A DNA stretch of 64,000 nt from Octopus sinensis (taxonomy: Eukaryota): positions 87,854,001-87,918,000 of the forward strand of contig NC_043004.1 in NCBI RefSeq assembly GCF_006345805.1, given 5' to 3'. The translations under genes and the position numbers were made by a program. A model generated the notes under the pieces. That model ran no database searches, was not told where the DNA came from, and saw nothing but the letters and a program-made list of their open reading frames with translations. Every line of letters begins with the position of its first letter. Position 1 is the stretch's first letter. Shown here piece by piece: positions 61,563 through 64,000 of this stretch.

Positions 61563-62605
61563 GAAAGTGATTGATCATATCCCTTTGACCTACGATCTCA
61601 GCCATGTCAGGCGAAGTTCAAATGGACAGGAGCTGACCTATTTAAGTACAAACTCTGCTGCAGTATGTCTGTCTTTCTAGCTGCCACGATTATTATAAAT
61701 ACGATGGTCAACAGACAGGGGGAAGAAAGGCCTAGCAGGCAAACGAGAAAGGTCTACGACATGACAGGTTTTGAATAACGAAAACATATTTTAAACAGAC
61801 AACACTAATAGAAATTTTGTATTGTCGTATTACATATTTCTTATTTTCCAGATGGACGGTCGCTTGACTGTTCATGAGCAAGCTAAGACAGCGGCACGCT
61901 ATGACGAGTGGAATTCCATTGTTTTGGTTCAGAGATGGTGGCGTGCATGGAAAATTAAGCATGCAGCACTCCATCCGGAGACAATAAAAAAAGTTGTCAT
62001 GCAAAGCTGATGACCACAGGCTCTGTGAACGATGCAAGAAGTGGCCGTCCAACTTTATTCCCATTAGCGGAGAACGTGGCAACAGTGCAGGAAATGTTTA
62101 ATCGCGGCCGGCAAAAATCAACAGGTCAAGCAGCTCGCGAAAGTGGACTAACAAGACACACAACACGTACGGTGTTGCATAAAGAATTGAATTTTCGTCC
62201 GTGGAAACCCCATTGCGTGCAGGAGCTAAAACCTGAAGACTGTGACCGCAGAAGTCTAGAAGTCCAGAATGCCAAGAAGTTTAGATTTCATTCCCTGTGA
62301 TTTTTACCTGTGGTGTTACACAGAATAGGAATATACAAGACAAAACCTCGCACACTGGAGGACTTGGAGATACGGATTCAGGAGGTTCTCAATGATATCC
62401 CGGACGACGTCCTCCAGGAGGTAGTTCATTCCATCCCTTGCCGTTTGAGGAAACTGGTTGACGCCATCGGCGCTTACGTTGAAATATAAAGATTTACTTC
62501 CATTTTCCCATGTAATAAAGAACATGTATCATTTGTTTCAATAAATTTGAAAAAGGAATATGGATTGATTAACAATTTTAAATGCCGACTTACTTTTCAC
62601 CCACA

Positions 62606-62608
<3 letters not shown>
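61563..62608 (+). mobile_element. Tc1/mariner transposon, catalytic core deleted, left end missing
   Basis: ATG at 61852: MDGRLTVHEQAK...VQRWWR / TTGSVNDARSGRP...KPHCVQELKPED; C-terminal PRSLDFIPCDFYLW...KPRTLEDL, stop at 62487-62489; right end cttttcacccacactg|TA. Confidence 0.9.
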
Positions 62609-62642
<34 letters not shown>

Positions 62643-62809
62643 AAATTTATAAGCTTAAATTATTTAAATAATTTTAAAAAAATTTTATCTTTAATTTAAA
62701 TATTTTAATTTGGAATTTTATATTTTATATTTTTTTAATTAATTTTATTTCTATGTATTGGCTTATGATTTTCACTGTTTGATTTGCCTAATAGTGGTTT
62801 TATCTCTAA

Positions 62810-62854
<45 letters not shown>

Positions 62855-62904
62855 TTTTTTCTCTTTTTTGTCTCTCTATTCTCTTTTCTTCTTTTTTTCC
62901 TTTT

Positions 62905-62935
<31 letters not shown>

Positions 62936-63471
62936 ATTTTCCTTCCTATAATTACAAGAGGAGTGGACCCATTCCAATCTATTTAACATTCACTCTATGT
63001 TGACTGGTGATACAGTATGGCCAGATTTTCGAAATCCAATGAATCTTTATACAGTTACGAAATTTCACAAATACACTTTCTCAGAGAGATATGATATACC
63101 TATTATAATGGGTAATACATGTACTTTTCATATTTTTTATAGTGTGATGTAACTCTTTGGAATAACAATGTCTGCGGCTGAAGAGAGCTTTAAACCATCT
63201 TTTATATCTATTATATCTAGTATACACTGATGTAATGAACAGGTCGTTTATAAAGCTTAAAACACGTGTACCGCGATATCCTTTGTGTTCTGTTTTTGAT
63301 TTTATTTGATATATTCTCTCTCACCTCTGCCACTATCTGGCATATACAGGTACTTACACATATCAAGTATTCACCCTAAATTTACAGTACCTACTATATA
63401 TATATATACATACACACACACATATGTATTGCAAAGTTTGAGTCAGTTAAAATATTTCAACTACTAAGTGG

Positions 63472-63565
63472 CAGTGTCGCCATCTGTCAGGATTCCCAGA
63501 CATCATTGTTTAAACAACTAGCTTGAAACATCGATGTCTGGAAATCCTGATAGATGGCGACATTG
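63472..63565. repeat. 33-bp-arm hairpin within a larger imperfect inverted repeat (about 63430-63690)
   Basis: Arms 63472-63504 and 63533-63565 differ at 3 positions; outer arms aatatttcaactactaa / ttagcagttgaaatatg. Confidence 0.9.
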
Positions 63566-63740
63566 AACAAATAGGGCATTTTCACACCTTTTTACCATAA
63601 GAGAAATATTTCATCTATGGCAATTGCAGTGTATTTGCCTTTTAGCAGTTGAAATATGTCACAAATATGTTTTAACTAACCTAACCTTTGTTTATGCCTG
63701 AACACTGCTTGGCGCTAATAATTTGTTTTATATATATATA

Positions 63741-64000
63741 CTAGCTTAATGTGACCCGCTCTACGCGCGGGAAAGAGTGTGGTTGTTACTTTCTGTTGCT
63801 TCCTTTCTGTTTTTTATCACCACATTCCCCCTCTTTGTTTCTTTCTCACTTTCCCACTCTCTTACTCTTCATTTCTCTCGGACTCTTCCTCCTCTGGCAG
63901 GGTCATTTTTATGTTTGACCCTTCCTTCTTTATCATATCACAATACTTGGTTATTTTCTATTCATTACACTCCACCATCTCCGGCTTCAACACACGTGGG
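63741..64000 (-). mobile_element. Helitron 3' terminus (element continues beyond the window)
   Basis: Minus strand: cccgcgcgtagagcggg hairpin, 10 nt, CTAG|T into (TA)n. Confidence 0.8.

Overview
AT-rich, microsatellite-dense animal genomic DNA. The SINE/LINE families look like those of an octopus (coleoid cephalopod); this is inferred from recognition, not a database search. I can support one complete protein-coding gene: serine palmitoyltransferase subunit 1 (SPTLC1/LCB1) on the + strand, with 14 coding exons from 7993 to 42342, 1431 nt CDS and 476 aa. All introns are GT-AG with consistent phases, and there is probably an extra 3'-UTR exon after an intron that starts 1 nt past the stop. The rest is a mosaic of tRNA-derived SINEs, RTE- and CR1-like LINE ends, a Penelope-like element, an LTR/PBS remnant, Tc1/mariner, hAT and MITE remnants, about seven Helitron pieces and large microsatellites. 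Most notable: (1) a hammerhead ribozyme with a fully canonical core, antisense in the last coding intron, plus three core-variant hammerhead-like motifs, all about 50-105 nt upstream of a (TA)n run; (2) an almost perfect 123-bp foldback in intron 1; (3) Asn (AAT) at the position of human SPTLC1 Ser331, one A-to-I edit away from Ser; (4) a 16-bp minisatellite visibly expanded from inside a SINE. Most ORFs in the supplied track are microsatellite or transposon artefacts. Repeat boundaries were read by eye and are approximate unless termini are stated.
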